Assembly (NCBI RefSeq): GCF_018350175.1
Contig: NC_058368.1
Coordinates: 87,794,001 to 87,858,000 of the forward strand
DNA from: Felis catus
Taxonomy: Eukaryota
Direction of reading: 5' to 3'
DNA length: 64,000 nucleotides
The notes beneath the pieces were generated by a model that saw only the letters and a list, made by a program, of their open reading frames with translations, had not been told where the DNA came from and did not search any database. Made by a program: the position numbers and the translations under genes. Shown here piece by piece: positions 11,461 to 24,300 of this stretch (position 1 is its first letter; each line of letters opens with the position of its first letter).

Positions 11461-13768
11461 ACATGTAATGCAGATTATGGTTTCAAATCCCACTGCAGGT
11501 GGGGAGGGTGCACAATAGGCAGCCCCCAATTCCATGTTTTGTGTATTTGTTCAGACACATGGAACCAGGTAACATTCTGCCTCATGTCCAGGGAATAGAC
11601 TCAAGTCCCCTGGGAATCTAGAAACATAAATCTAAAAACAGAACTGAGGCGACAGGGTGACTCAGTTGGTTGGGTGTCCGACTCTTGATTTTGACTCTAG
11701 TCATGATCGTGCGGTTTGTGGGTTCAAGCCCCATGTTGGCCTCTGTGCTGATAGCTCAGAGCCTGGAGCCTGCTTCAGATTCTGTGTCTGCCTCTCCCCC
11801 ACTCACACTCATTCTCTCTCTCAAAAATAAATAAACATTAAAAAAAAAAGTAAAAATAAAACTAAAGCTCTTGTGGTCAGAAGGCCTTAGACATGCACCC
11901 AAACACTCTCAAAGTGCCACCTGGGTTTCCATCCTCAGCCACGTAGACAGAGTTGATCCCCAAAGGGCTCCTTCCTGGGTGCTCCTGTGCAAGTCACAGC
12001 TGGTGCCAGAAATCCAGCATCCACCCACCATTGTCCCCTTTAGCCCTTGGGACACCCAGAGCTCTGGACTCTGTCTGCCCTGAAATAGGGACAGCTCTGG
12101 GAGATTAACCAACAAGTCCCTGTCAGACTGCGTCAGATCCACACCATACACACCAGGAGACCTTAGGTGTGTCCCTTAGTCCCTCTTCCTGGTGCTCAGC
12201 CAACCCAACCTGACTCAGGGATGGCAGTGGGGATTCTGTGTGACAATCATTATCAAATAAAAAAACACGCAGATTTAGTAAGGAGAGATTTTATCTGAAA
12301 GGATTATTACAAGGCAGGGGAAAGGACTATTAGGACAGGAAAAATTCTTTTTTCTTTTTTTTTCAACTTTATTTATTTTGAGAGAGAGAGAGATGCATGG
12401 GAGGAGCAGAGAGTGAGGGAGAGAGAGAGGAAAATTCTTGCCTCTACTCATTTTAGGACTTGGCAGGGACTCTGTAACCAAAGACAGATTAAAGGAAAGC
12501 TTTTAGGTTTTATTGTGACACAGGACCCTTCAAAAGGGAATGAAGACTTACAGAAGGGGCAAAGCCTAAATGCTTTTACACTGGGTTGAACAGAGGCAAC
12601 TGTGGGAAAGTAACTTAAATGCAAGGGGTGGGGGCGCCTGAGTGGCTCTGGCGGTTGAGTGTCCCACTCTTGATTTCGGCTCAGGTGGTGCTCTCAGTTT
12701 GTGGGTTCGAGCCCCGAGTGGGGCTGTGCGGTGATTGTGTGGAGCCTGCTTGGGATCCTCTCTCTCCCTCTGACCTTCCCCCTGCTCATGCTCTCCCTCT
12801 CAAACTGTAAAACAAAGAAAAAAAAAAAAAAAAAAAAGACGTGGGCACACCGAAGGAAGATCAGAATTACGTCAGTAAGGCCTGTGAGTGCGGGGTCCGG
12901 TGGGTAATGATACAAACGCTTCTTTCCTCCAGGTACAGGTCAGTCTTCACACACAGGAGAATTACCTCCTGTTTTCAGGAAAGAAAACAGAGGCATCCGA
13001 GCTGTCCTCTTACGCCTGCCGTTTTTCAAGTGCCTTTAGCTCAGAATAATCCTTGCAGGGAAGTTGCATTTGAGGATGGCACATCGGGGTGCCCAAGTGT
13101 CACTGGGGTGGGGCAATGGGGGATCTCTTTCCATAGGATGAAAGGAACACGACAGGGCAGCTGACAGGACAGTGGGTCAGGGAAGGTTTGCCCTGGGCCG
13201 ACGGGTTCCCAGGAGGGGCCAGGGATCAGCACACGGAGCAGCACGGACGCTTCACCACATCCGGGCAAATGGGCACCTTGTTTGGATCCACCTATGGAGA
13301 CAGGCAGTTCAGCCAACTGTCCCTGGGGGAAGGGAAGGACGGGGATGTGGACAAGTTGTGCCCCATGGTGTCACGGGTCAGCAAAGGGGCACCCCTGATT
13401 CGCGTCAGAGTCAGGCAGACACGAGGGGTGGGGGACCCCTTTAACTGCTGGCAGGGAAAATTATGTGGTCACCCCGGAAAAGCTGAACTCAGAATGCAGG
13501 CTTCTAGAAGGGTCTTCGGGTCCTGGAGCGTTCGGGAGCCAAGAGGAGTGTTGAGGGGGAAAGGAGGGAGCTGTGTGGGAGAGGCAACGCCCACAACGAC
13601 GCCCTTGGCGAGATGACCTGACCTTGACCCTTACCCTGACCCTAGCCCCTGGCCTGCAAGCGCAAGAACAAACACTCCGTGGAACCAGGAGATCCCCTTG
13701 CTACTAACAGTCTTGCCGCAGAGGTGCGGAGATAAAGGGGCAGGCGGCCAAGTGGAGCGTCCCGCGGG

Positions 13769-13838
13769 CCAATCAGAGCACATCTTACCATCACGCCACC
13801 AGCGGTCGGCCAATGGGAAGGCCGAGGCCTCTATAAAA
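13769..13838 (+). promoter_or_regulatory. Histone H3 promoter: two CCAAT boxes and TATA box
   Basis: CCAAT at 13769-13773 and 13810-13814; TATAAAA at 13832-13838, ~80 nt upstream of the ATG. Confidence 0.85.
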
Positions 13839-13918
13839 GCTGACACTGCTTTGGTTTTTGTTTTTGACGATTTCCTTAGAGACAAGTGGCTTCGGTTTTT
13901 TCTGTAACACTGCAAGCC

Positions 13919-14316
13919 ATGGCTCGCAGGAAGCAGACAGCGCGCAGGTCCACGGGCAGCAAGGCCCCGCACAAGCACCTGGCCACCAAAGTGGCCCGCA
14001 AGAGCTCGCCGGCTACCGGCGGCATCAAGAAGCCGCACCGCTACCGGCCTGGCACAGTGTCCGCCACTACCAGAAGTCCACCGAGCTGCTGATCCGCAAG
14101 CTGCCGTTCGAGCGGGAGGTGTGCGAGATCGCGCAGGACTTCAAGACCGATCTGCGCTTCCAGAGCTCGGCCGTCATGGCGTTGCAGGAGGCGTGTGAGG
14201 CCTACATGGTGGGGTTCTTCGAGGACACCAACCTGTGCGCCATCCACGCCAAGCGCGTTACCATCATGCCCAAGGACCTACAGTTGGCGCGCCGCATTCG
14301 CGGGGAGCGCGCTTAA
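13919..14316 (+). pseudogene. H3-4: Replication-dependent histone H3 gene (H3-4/HIST3H3/H3t orthologue) disrupted by a 13-nt deletion
   Basis: ATG 13919 reads [29 protein letters not shown]...RYRPGTV. The histone fold ([16 protein letters not shown]...RRIRGERA*) continues in another frame to TAA 14316. Length is 398 nt vs 411 nt for intact H3, so 13 nt are missing between 14059 and 14060 (A47-E50 plus first base of I51). It has SAVM 87-90 and C96 (H3.1 type) and V24 (H3t signature). Position next to TRIM17 matches H3-4 synteny. Confidence 0.92.
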
Positions 14317-14370
14317 GCGCCACGCGCATGTGTGGGCCGCCAAGCCCTGAGTCGTCGCTCTCCCCCTAAA

Positions 14371-14412
14371 GGCTCTTTTCAGAGCCACCACCAGTCCACA
14401 AAGGGTGCTGTG
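14371..14412 (+). terminator. Histone mRNA 3' stem-loop and U7 histone downstream element
   Basis: Consensus GGCTCTTTTCAGAGCC at 14371-14386, preceded by AAA and followed by ACCAC; purine-rich AAAGGGTGCTGTG at 14400-14412. Confidence 0.92.
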
Positions 14413-16429
14413 CCAATCGGGTTCTTTCTGGCTGGTTCCAGCTTCCTTAGCTTCCAGTTAGCTGGTTGTGTTCCCTAGGGTTCACGCGGGGGTTTAACCA
14501 AATGAAAACCCTAACAACCGGGGTGGTTACCCATAAGTCCAAGAGTGGAGTGGAGTGGAGAGGAGCCCACCAGAGTAGGGCTACCTAGAGAATGCGGTTG
14601 GAGGGCTTTTTCCCACTGGGTGCCAGCATGTTTGGTTTTATTTTAATGTTTTTTATTTAAATTTTTTTTAACGTTTATTATTGAGACAGCATGAGCAGGG
14701 GAGGGGCTTCAAGTCTTTAAGCTGTCAGCACAGAGCCTGATGAGGGGCTCGAACTCACCCGCGAGATCATGACCTGAGAGGAAGTCAGTTGCTTAACTGA
14801 ATGGGCCACCCAGGTTCCCCTAATGTTTATTTTTTGACCCAGAGTGTGAGTGGGGGAGGGGGAGGGTAGCAAAAAGGGGGGGCAGAAGATCCAAAGCGGG
14901 TTCTGTGCTGACAGCAGAGAGCCCAGTGTGGGGCTCGAACTCCCCAACCGAGAGATCATGACCTGATCTCCGCTGCCCAACCGACTGAGCCATCCAGGCA
15001 CCGCACAAGCATGTTCATAATTAAAATTTTAGATTGATAGAACTCTAGGGGCTCCTGGGTGGGTCAGGCAGTTAAATGTCCAACTGGGCTCAGGTCATGA
15101 TCTCACAGTTGGTGAGTTCGAGCCCCGCATCGAGTTCTGTGCTGACAGCTCAGAGCCTGGAGACTGCTTCAGATTCTGTGTCTCTGTCTGTCCCGTGCCC
15201 ACTCATGTACCGTCTCTTTCAAAACCAAACTTTAAAATAAAATTTGTTTTTAAAGTTGGTAAAACCCAGTCGCTGGCCAGTGCTGGTCACCTTCAGACGG
15301 CCAGCCTACACTTCCCAGGTCCTCCTAGCTGAGTGAAGGCTCAGACGGAGAAACACTTGGTGTGAACGTGTTTGCGTGACAGCCCAATGCTGTCTGTGTG
15401 CAAGGGTGAATTTTCAACCTCAGACCCAGTTTGTTATCCGTTAGATTTCATTCAAAAGCTTCAATGAAAGTAGCACATGCAGAAGTGTGTTTTGAATGTT
15501 GAGAAGAATCCTGAAGTTTTAGGATGTACACAAGCTTACAGTGTTCAGGGAAGCCCATGTTCTGGCTTGAAAATCAGTGCTAACCTTTAATGCTAGGCTC
15601 CTTCTAAGTAGATCCAAGTCTGGCCACTGTGTCTTTACTGTGCTCACAAGTCCCTTTTCTTGGCAAGGGTTTTTCCAATGCGGGAGAGCTAACCCTCCAT
15701 GCCCTTCCCCACATTACCATATGACCTGGGGCTGGGCAACTAGCTACATCTGGGGAAACCCAGATGATGGGAAACCATGCAGATGATGTGTCCTTGGCAG
15801 GATAGGCTACAAATCATGATGGAAGACCATGGGGTGGGGGAGCGGGGCAGGTCCACATCATTCTGTTCTGTTCCAGAACAGACTCTGAAAGAGCATGTTC
15901 TGCCCGAGGACCAGAGGTGAGGAGCAAAGAAAAACAAAGAAGTGATGATAAAGGAAGAAGGTAACTGACATCCCTCACAGTCATATAAATGGATAGTGAA
16001 GGAAGCCTTTCCCACACACTTATCTGAACCTGTGGTTGTGTCCCTGCAGCAGGGGTGGGGGGGGTGGGGGGGGTGGGGGGGGTGGGAGGGGTTGGGGGGG
16101 TGCGAGTTGGGGAGAGTGGCGGCGGTTCCTCATTGAGCAAACCCTCTGCACAAAACCACCCTCGGGAGATCTGATCTGGGCAGAGCCACTGCCAAGGGAG
16201 ACACAGCCTCCTTGCTCTCCAGAGAACGTTCTGGCACCCTCGAAGCATGGCAGGGCACAAGAGAGAGGACCACGGGAAAAGTGGGAAAGGGAGACAGCAC
16301 AGGGGCAGGACGTGCCAGGAGTTGCCTCACTTGTGGTGTAGCTGGGATCCGTCAGCAAACACATATATATGCACATCGAGAGAGTGCTGTCATCTGAAGT
16401 GCACAATTGCATGAATATTTGTTTCAAAG

Positions 16430-17035
16430 TTTTTAATGTTTATTTATTTTTGAGAGAGAGTGAGACACAGAATCAAAGCAGGCTCCAGGCTCCAAGCTGT
16501 CAGCACAGAGCCCCACGTGGGCCTCGAACTCACGAACTGTGAGACCATGACTTGGGCCAATGTCAGACGCTTAACTGACTGAGACACCCAGGTGCCTCAT
16601 GAATATTTTTTGAATGTTTATTTACTTTTGAGAGACAGAGTATAAGCAGGGGAGGGGTAGAGAGAGGGAGACACAGAATTGAAGCAGGCTCCAGGCTCCG
16701 AGCTATCAGCACAGAGTCCGATGCAGGGCTTGAACTCAGGAACCGTGAGATCATGACCTGAGCCAAAGTCGGATGCTCAACCGACTGAGCCACCCAGGTG
16801 CCCCATTTTTTTATAATGGTTTATACAGATTAAATATTTTATTTTTTTAATGTTTATTGAGAGAGAAAGAAAAAAACACAATTGGGGGAGGGGCAGAGAG
16901 AGAGGACAGAGGATCTGAAGCAGGCTCTGTGCTGACAGCAGAGATCCTGATGCGGGGCTCAAACTCACAAACCATGAGATCATGACCTAAGCCAAAGTCA
17001 GATGCTTAACAGACTGAGCCACCCACGCACCCCTC
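16430..17035 (-). mobile_element. Three tandem CAN-SINEs
   Basis: Three consecutive T-tail/(GA)n/...GCCACCCAGG units. Confidence 0.88.
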
Positions 17036-18839
17036 AGGGACAGAAGTTGTAAAACTAAATGAAGGAAGGTAGGCCTGGACAGGATCGCTGGCTGAGGGTC
17101 AGAGTGGGACTACCTAGACAGACACCTGTGAGACAAGAACACACACACGTGCTCGAATTGATGAGAAAAAGCTAGGCTCTGATAAATCGAGATGGTTCAT
17201 GGTGGGGAGGGGGCAGGACGGGGCACATGGTGGTTCAGACATATCCCGTGGGCTAGCGATGTTCCTTTTCTCATTCATCATACCTCATGCATACTGTATT
17301 CCGGTGTGTGCATTTACTGCTTAGTAAAATGAATCTTTCTCCTTGTGCTCCTTACGGGCTGTGAATATGTGCCCTAATTTGGGGGGGGGGAGCAGGAGGG
17401 ATCCTCAGTGCCTGAAATATTGCCAGCACACACACACCCACAAAAAGTGCCACACTGAAAGAAGAGGATGGGCCACGTGGATTCCAGCAATCCGTGGAGG
17501 ACACAAGAGTGCTGGTTCAGGAGGCCCATGACAAGCCGTCATGGAAAGGAGGGCACAGCAGGTGCATTCAAGGACAGCCCTGTGGGGCTGGCACTCCAGA
17601 AGGACATGGGACATAAATAGCTGGGGTTGCACTGGGCCTGGGGCAGAGTGGTGAGCAGGCTGGGCTTCCCGACTAGGGAGTCAGGAGGAATCAGGGGCCC
17701 CCCACCCCTGACTCTTCTTAAAGGACAATGTTGGGGAATGACATCAAAAGACACAACCACCGTGGCACCTGATTAAGCATCTGACTCTTGATTTTGGCTC
17801 TGGTCATGATCTCACCGTTCGTGAGTCCGAGCCCCATATCCGGCTCTACACTGGCGTCGTGGAGCCTGCTTGGGATTCTCTGTCTCCCTTTCTCTCTCTG
17901 CCCCTCATGCACGCACTCTCTCTCTCAAAAGAAATGAACATAAAAAAAAAAAACAACACATGACCACTGATTGACCCGAGAGCTGGCCCCAGACATTCAG
18001 AGGCCCCTCACTTCCACCCCTTGTCTTAGGAATGTGGCTCCCACTTGCCTTTCCCACTCCCAGAGGCTGCTCCAAGATAGAGCCTTGAGATGCTGATGTG
18101 GTGTTGAAACAGCTATGTGATATACGTGGCTGAGTCCAGTTAAGGCCCCTTTACAAGTGTTTCAGATCTGGTGGGCCTGTGTGGGTATCTATTTGTCTTG
18201 CTGGCCCCCAAGACAAGCCTTGGGTGTAAGTTCCCTTTGCTTACCACAGCTGCCTCCTGCCATCCTCTCTCTTGGATGTCCCCCTGCCTTCCGAGTCCAG
18301 GGACCCATTCCAGATTGCACCTGGGGAGCTTCCCGGGGGGTTACAAACCAGCAGATGGCTCCTGGTCATCTGCCAGCCCCACTGCCTGAGATCTCCAGCC
18401 ATCCCACTGAGCCTGTCCTGCGGTTTTTGAAGGACATAATACCTTCATTTGAGTCCCTGACTCAGGTGTGCATATCCACCCTGAGCTGGGCCACAAGCCC
18501 TGGGCATAAGAATGTCTGTTCCCAGACCAGAGGGTTCCCAGAAAATCACATCAGAAAGTCCCACTAAGGGGATGCCCAAGTGTGTCCACTCCCTGTTATG
18601 GGGTGAATTGCGTATACCTCCAAACCCTGCAAAATTCCTGTGCTGCAGTCCAACTCCCAGGACCTCAGAATGAGACTGTGTTTGGAAAATGGGGCCTTTA
18701 AAGTGGTGTTAAGATAAAATGAGGTCACTATGGTAGGTCCTAATCCCCTAGGACCAGTGTCCTTATAACAGGATAGGACACAGACACGCACAGACGGGCG
18801 ACTGTATGAGGACATGGGAAGAGGATGGCTGTGATGCTG

Positions 18840-19640
18840 TGATTGATAATGAGACATATTTGGTCTCCCTCTGCATGCCTGGCATAGAGCTCCCAAAACC
18901 TTTGGAATTTTCTGTAATGAGAGTGATGGATGTCATGATGTCCATAACAGTCCCCTGTATCTGTGTTGTTGCAGTGACTTTGGAAAGCCCCCAGGGATGG
19001 TGGCTAGTGACTGGGGGACCCAACCATGGGACCAAAGGGTTAGAGGTTTCAGTGCCGCCTCCTGACCTCTGGGGAGGGGAGAAGGAATCAATCACCAATG
19101 GGCAATGGGTTAATCAATCATGCCTATACAATGAAGCCCCCATGAAAACCTAGAAGGATAAGGTTCAGAGGGCTTTTGGGTTGGGGAACAAGAATGCATC
19201 CACATAGTGGGAGGGTCGTGCTCTCTCCACTCCATGGGGACAGCAGCTCCTGCTGGCGGGATCCATCCAGATCATGCTGATGATTCATATGCTTTCATTT
19301 CTTCTGTAATAAGCCACGAATCTATCAAGTGAAACATTTCCCTGAGTTCTCTGAGCCCCTCCAGAACATCAAACCCGAGGAGGGCCCATGGGAAACTCTG
19401 ATTTGTCGCCTGTGGGTCAGAGCACAGGTGACATCTGGACTTGGGATTGGCGTCTGAAGTGGGGGTGGTCTTGTGGGGCTGAGCCTGGGGGGTCTGATGC
19501 TGACTCCATGTGGACAGGGCCAGAGCAGAGTCCACATAGATGATGTCCTAACTGAGTTGTGCTGTAGGACCCCCCCATCTGCTGTCGCAGACTTGCTGGG
19601 TGTAGGGAAAGAACCCCTCCCTCCCCCCTACATATATGTG
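18840..19640 (+). mobile_element. MER21-like LTR; related copy on minus strand at ~57930-58680
   Basis: atatttggtctc...ctggcatagagctcccaaaacctttggaattt..., tttccctgagttctctgagc, gacttgggattggcgtctgaagtggggg. Confidence 0.6.
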
Positions 19641-20784
19641 GTGATTAGAAGTGTCAGAGGAGGGGTACCTGGGTGGCTCAGTCGGTTGAGCATCTGATTT
19701 CAGCTCAGGTCACGATCTCCTGGTTTGTGAGTTCAAGCCCCGTGTCGGGCTCTGTGCTGACAGCTCAGAGACTGGAGCCTGCTTCGGATTCTGTGTCTCC
19801 CTCTTTCTGCCCCTACCCTGCTCACACTCTGTCTTTGTCTCTATCTCTGTCTCTTTCTCTCTCAAAAATAAATAAAAGCTAAAAAAAAATTTTTTTAAAG
19901 GAAGTACAAGAAACACACAGAAGTCCATTTTTTCATAGCAGGCTCATCTACACACCAGGGAGAGACACCTGGGGACGAACCAGCCCCACCACCACCTGGG
20001 TCTCAGACTTCCTGCCTCCAGGCCTGGGAGACAATGTATGTGTGACAATACACATCCAGGCTGTGGTATTTGTTATGCAGCCCAAGCTGACTGATATGCT
20101 ATCATCACAATTAAAATCAGCACTCAAATTAGTTGTTTTTCTCCCTCCCACTAGACAGAGGTTTCTAGATTTGGGGGCAAGAGAGACTTGCCTTACTCTT
20201 GTTCTGGTGGGTGAAGCTGAGACTCTGGGGCTGTTGGTCATGCCATTTAGCGTCATGTGAAGCTGGCCCAGGAAGCTGGGACCTGGATTCTAGGCTTTGT
20301 CCACTGCCCTCCTGCTTCTCCCTGTTTGATGGACCCCACCAGGAACTCCCTCTGACGGTCCCCTGCCCCGTCCCCAAGAAGAAAGACAGGTGCTACCCGG
20401 GGGCAGAGGGTGCACAGTGGACAGAAGGGCACATACAGAAGATGGTCACCCAGGAAAGGATAACATCAGACCCCAAAACAGGAAAGCCCCTGTGGTCTCA
20501 GCTGCCTGGATTGGGATATGGGAAGGAGCTGAGACATGGTCCTGGGGAGGCTGTCACCACCTGCTAAGGCAGCAGAGGCCCAAACAGACACTGCCAGCCA
20601 TCACTGCAGAGCCCTGGGCCTCAGGTCCCAATGGCTCAGATTCATTAGGGGTCTCATTAAGCCAGAGGAGCAACCTTCCCGCATTTTCTGGAGTCACTGG
20701 CTTTGAGAGCTGGTGACCCCCGTCACGTGGTAGAGGCTGTGAACTGGCCTCCTGACTGAGGATGTGTTGCCGTATGATCACCGA

Positions 20785-21340
20785 GAGGCTGAGGGAAATG
20801 GGGCTATGCTACCCCAAAATACACCACCTTGGCATCCTGATGATTTTAGCTGAAGGCAATTGAGAAACAGCAAACACAGGAGGAGCTCTCTGCCCTCCCA
20901 CCTATTCCACTTAAAAGCAAAGCAAAAATCCCCATTTGGTCAGGAAATTTCCATTGGCAAAGGTGCCCCCTCTCCTGTACCAGAAAGAGGACAGGGTGAG
21001 CTCCTATCACCAGAGATGGGACAGAGATGAGTCTGTGTAAACAACGCTTACCTATCATTGGTTCCTCCCTCAAGTTTCCCAGACACCCTCCTACAATTCA
21101 CCTCCAGAAGCCCCAATCCCCTTTCCTTTGTCTAGTTACTTCTCCACAATCTGTCACCCATAAGACAATTTGTGTTTTTGTTTCCTTTCTGTGAGGGCCC
21201 ATACACATAACATTACAAACATAAGATAAAATCTGTATGCCTTCTCTTCTATTATTCTGGCTGTTGTCACCTTAATTCACAGACCCCAGGTACAGAAGAT
21301 AAGAGGGTAGGAGAAAAGATCTCCCTCCTCCCCTACAAGG
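20785..21340 (+). mobile_element. ERV1-type solo LTR (MER34/CarLTR-like); related copies at ~12230-13090 (-), 22870-23370 (+), 36000-37020 (-), 43190-43900 (-)
   Basis: Shared motifs ccccaaaata..ccac.ttggcat....gattattttagctgaaggca and a ...aagagggtagga.aaaagat...cctcccctaca terminus. Confidence 0.55.
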
Positions 21341-24300
21341 TCCCTGGTGCCCATATAGTGAGTGTGAGAAACAACCCTTGCTGTGGTGAGCCTCCAGGAT
21401 GCAGAACTGTGTGCCTCTGCCACAGAATCCTCACAGATACAGCTGGTTCTGTGGTAACTGCAGATAAAAACAATCACGTTAGCAAGAAATTTGGAAACCA
21501 GGGTCTGCAAGAAATGGTGACAGCAATGCAGGTAGGGGGCTACAATCTGGTAGGCAGGGGACAGGGGGAATGGGGTGGGGTAGGGTGAGCCACAAAATTG
21601 AGACCTGCAGATATTTGAGGGACTACACGAGGTGGAAGAAGACAAAGATGACTCTGTGCGGTTTCCAAAGGAAAAGCCAGAACCCCACCTTGAAGCTGCA
21701 GGGTTGCCGGCACTTGACCTAAGGCTGCTCCCCCCAGATTCCTGGTACAGGACAGAAAAGCATGTCGCTTTCCAGGAGCCAGATGCCCATTGTGAGGGTT
21801 CCTGCAGGAAGGGTCCTGCTGTGTCAGGAGGGGGAGGGAAGGGGGAATGGCCCTCCAGCTTCCCCATCTACATCCCACATCACAGCTCTGAGGGCGTTCA
21901 GCACATGCTTCAGTGCTGACCAAACCAGCCAGGCCCCCTTGAGTTCTCTTCTCCACGAGTCACCTGTGGGACCTCACCCATGGACTTCTGTGCCCATCCC
22001 AGCAGAGCCCAGCTATAGCAAGAATCCTGCTGAGTCTGCCTGGTGATAGATCTCACCCTGCCCCGATGCTTGATGTCTGAGTAAGTTCCTCACCCCCCCC
22101 ATCTTTTTTTTTTTTTTAGGTTTTAAAATTTATTTTGAGAGGGAAAGAAAGTGAAAGTGGGGGAGAAGCAGAGAGAGAGGAAGAGAATCCCGAGCAGGCT
22201 CTGGGCTGTCAGCACAGAGCCTGATGAGAGGATCAAACCCACGAACCACGAGATCGTGACCTGAGCTGAAGTCAGATGCTTAACTGAGCCACCCAGGCAC
22301 CCCCCTCACCCCCCACTTCTGACATTTTTGTATATCCTTGACCCACCTGAGTAAGAATATTGAAAACCCACTGCCACCAACTAAAGGTTTGTGCCTCTCC
22401 AAAATTCATATGTTGAAACGTAACTGCCAGTGTTGTGGGTTTTGGAAGCAGGGTCTTTGGGAGCTGATGAGGTCTTGAGGGTGGAGCCCCACTGGTGACA
22501 TTTGTGCCCTTACAAAAGAGACTCCAGACAGCAGCACCGTTGCCCCATCCACCAGTGAAGACACAATGAGAACACACTTCCCACAAAACAGGAATTAGGC
22601 TTTCACCAGATACTGAATCTAGCAGCACCTTGATCTCAGACTTTCCAGCCTCCAAAATTATGCAAAATATGTTGTTTATAAGCCACCCTGTCTATAGTGG
22701 CCTGTTAGGGCTGAGCCCCTCTCTCACTCACTGGTAGAAATCTTCAGCTGTCTCTGCTGCATTCAGAGTTCAGCTCAGTTGAAGTGAAAAGAGCATCTTT
22801 CCATTCTTGCTGAATAAAATGCCTTTACCACCTTTACCTAGTAACCAGCTCTGTGTATCTCAGATCAAATATGTCAGGGAATCAAAATATGTCACCCCTG
22901 AACATTCCACTTTGGCATAAGGGTTATTTTGAGCACAGGATGGGCTTCTGCTCTTTTTCTATCTGCCTAAAAGCAGGGCATAAATCCCCCTTGTGAAGGA
23001 AACGGAGAATGACCTTATTACCAGAGATGGAGGCAGCACAGAGATGAATCTGCATAAGAAAAACCTTACTATAACCCCTTTTAGTTGGTTTCCCCCACAT
23101 ATATTTACCTTCTCATGATTTAACATCCAAAGAAGCCCAAACTCCCTTTTGTCAGTTCTGCACAATATATCACCCTTTGTTAAAATTGCATACAGACCCC
23201 CAAGTCTGTTGCTCTGGGTTTTTCAATTCTTTTCTATGAAGCCCCATGCACATAAAAAAAATAACATTAAATCAAATTCATAGGCTTTTCTTCTGTTATT
23301 CTGTCTTTGTCAGTTTAATTTGCAGACCTCGGGCTAAGAATCTAAGAGGGTAGAAAGATTTCCTTTCCCTACACCTCAGAAGCCCTAAAGACTAAACACT
23401 ACAAATGGACAAAAATCATCATTTGAAACTTTATATTTCCTTTCATACTTTAATTTTGTGTTTCTGTTCCTCTGACTAAAAGTGGCAAATGTGGATAGAA
23501 ACCAAACATCAAAATCTTTAGGTAAATCAGATCATGCTCTAAACCAACCTGGTTCACAACAGTGGCAGCATGTTAATGCTGGGGAAATATAATGAAATTT
23601 GCTCCCAACCCAGTGAAACAAAGAGAGAAATAAAGAAAGAAAACAATTTTGTTGTCGAATGAACATTCAACCAGACCACCCACCACGTGTTCCCAGTCCC
23701 TTCTTCAGACATTGAAAGGATGCATTTCAAAAGCACCAGGAGAAAGGAAGTCTCTTATTTTCAACAGAGAGAACCAAACCTCTTGTTTTTTATTGTATTT
23801 TTTTCTGACAGTGAGAGGCTTTCTGACAGCTTTAAAAATAGTGGTGCAGGGGCGCCTGGGTGGCTCAGTCGGTTAAGCATCCAACTTTGGCTTAGGTCAT
23901 GATCGCACGGTTCATGAGTTTGAGACCCGCGTCAAGCTCTGTGCTGACAGCTCAGAGCCTGGAGCCCACTTTGGATTCTGTGTCTCCCTCTCTCCCTGCC
24001 CTTTCCCTGCTGGTGCTCTATCTCTGTCTCCCCAAAATAAATAAATGTTAAAAAAAAATAGTGGTGCCAGATCCCTCCACAGAGATTCCGAGCTGCCCCT
24101 GCACAGAGTTGTGTAAAGCTCCCCGGGGGAGGGACCCCTGGGTAGCTCAGTCGGTTAAGTATCTGATTTCGACTCAGGTCATGAACTCACAGTTCCTGAG
24201 TTCGAGCCCCATCTCGGGCTCAGTGCTGACAGCTCAGAGTCTGGAGCCCGCTTCAGATCCTCTGCCTCCCTCTCTCTCTCTCTGCCCCTCCCCAACTAGT

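Noticed and set aside
13858..14316. 152-aa ORF as an H3 variant with a novel N-terminus
   Set aside because: It starts at a TTG at or before the expected TSS. Its N-terminal part is just the out-of-frame reading of the H3 tail caused by the 13-nt deletion.
21632..21919. 95-aa protein-like ORF (MEEDKDDSVRFPKEK...)
   Set aside because: It has a GTG start, lies among LTR fragments, and shows no recognisable domain or exon partners. A BLAST search would settle it.
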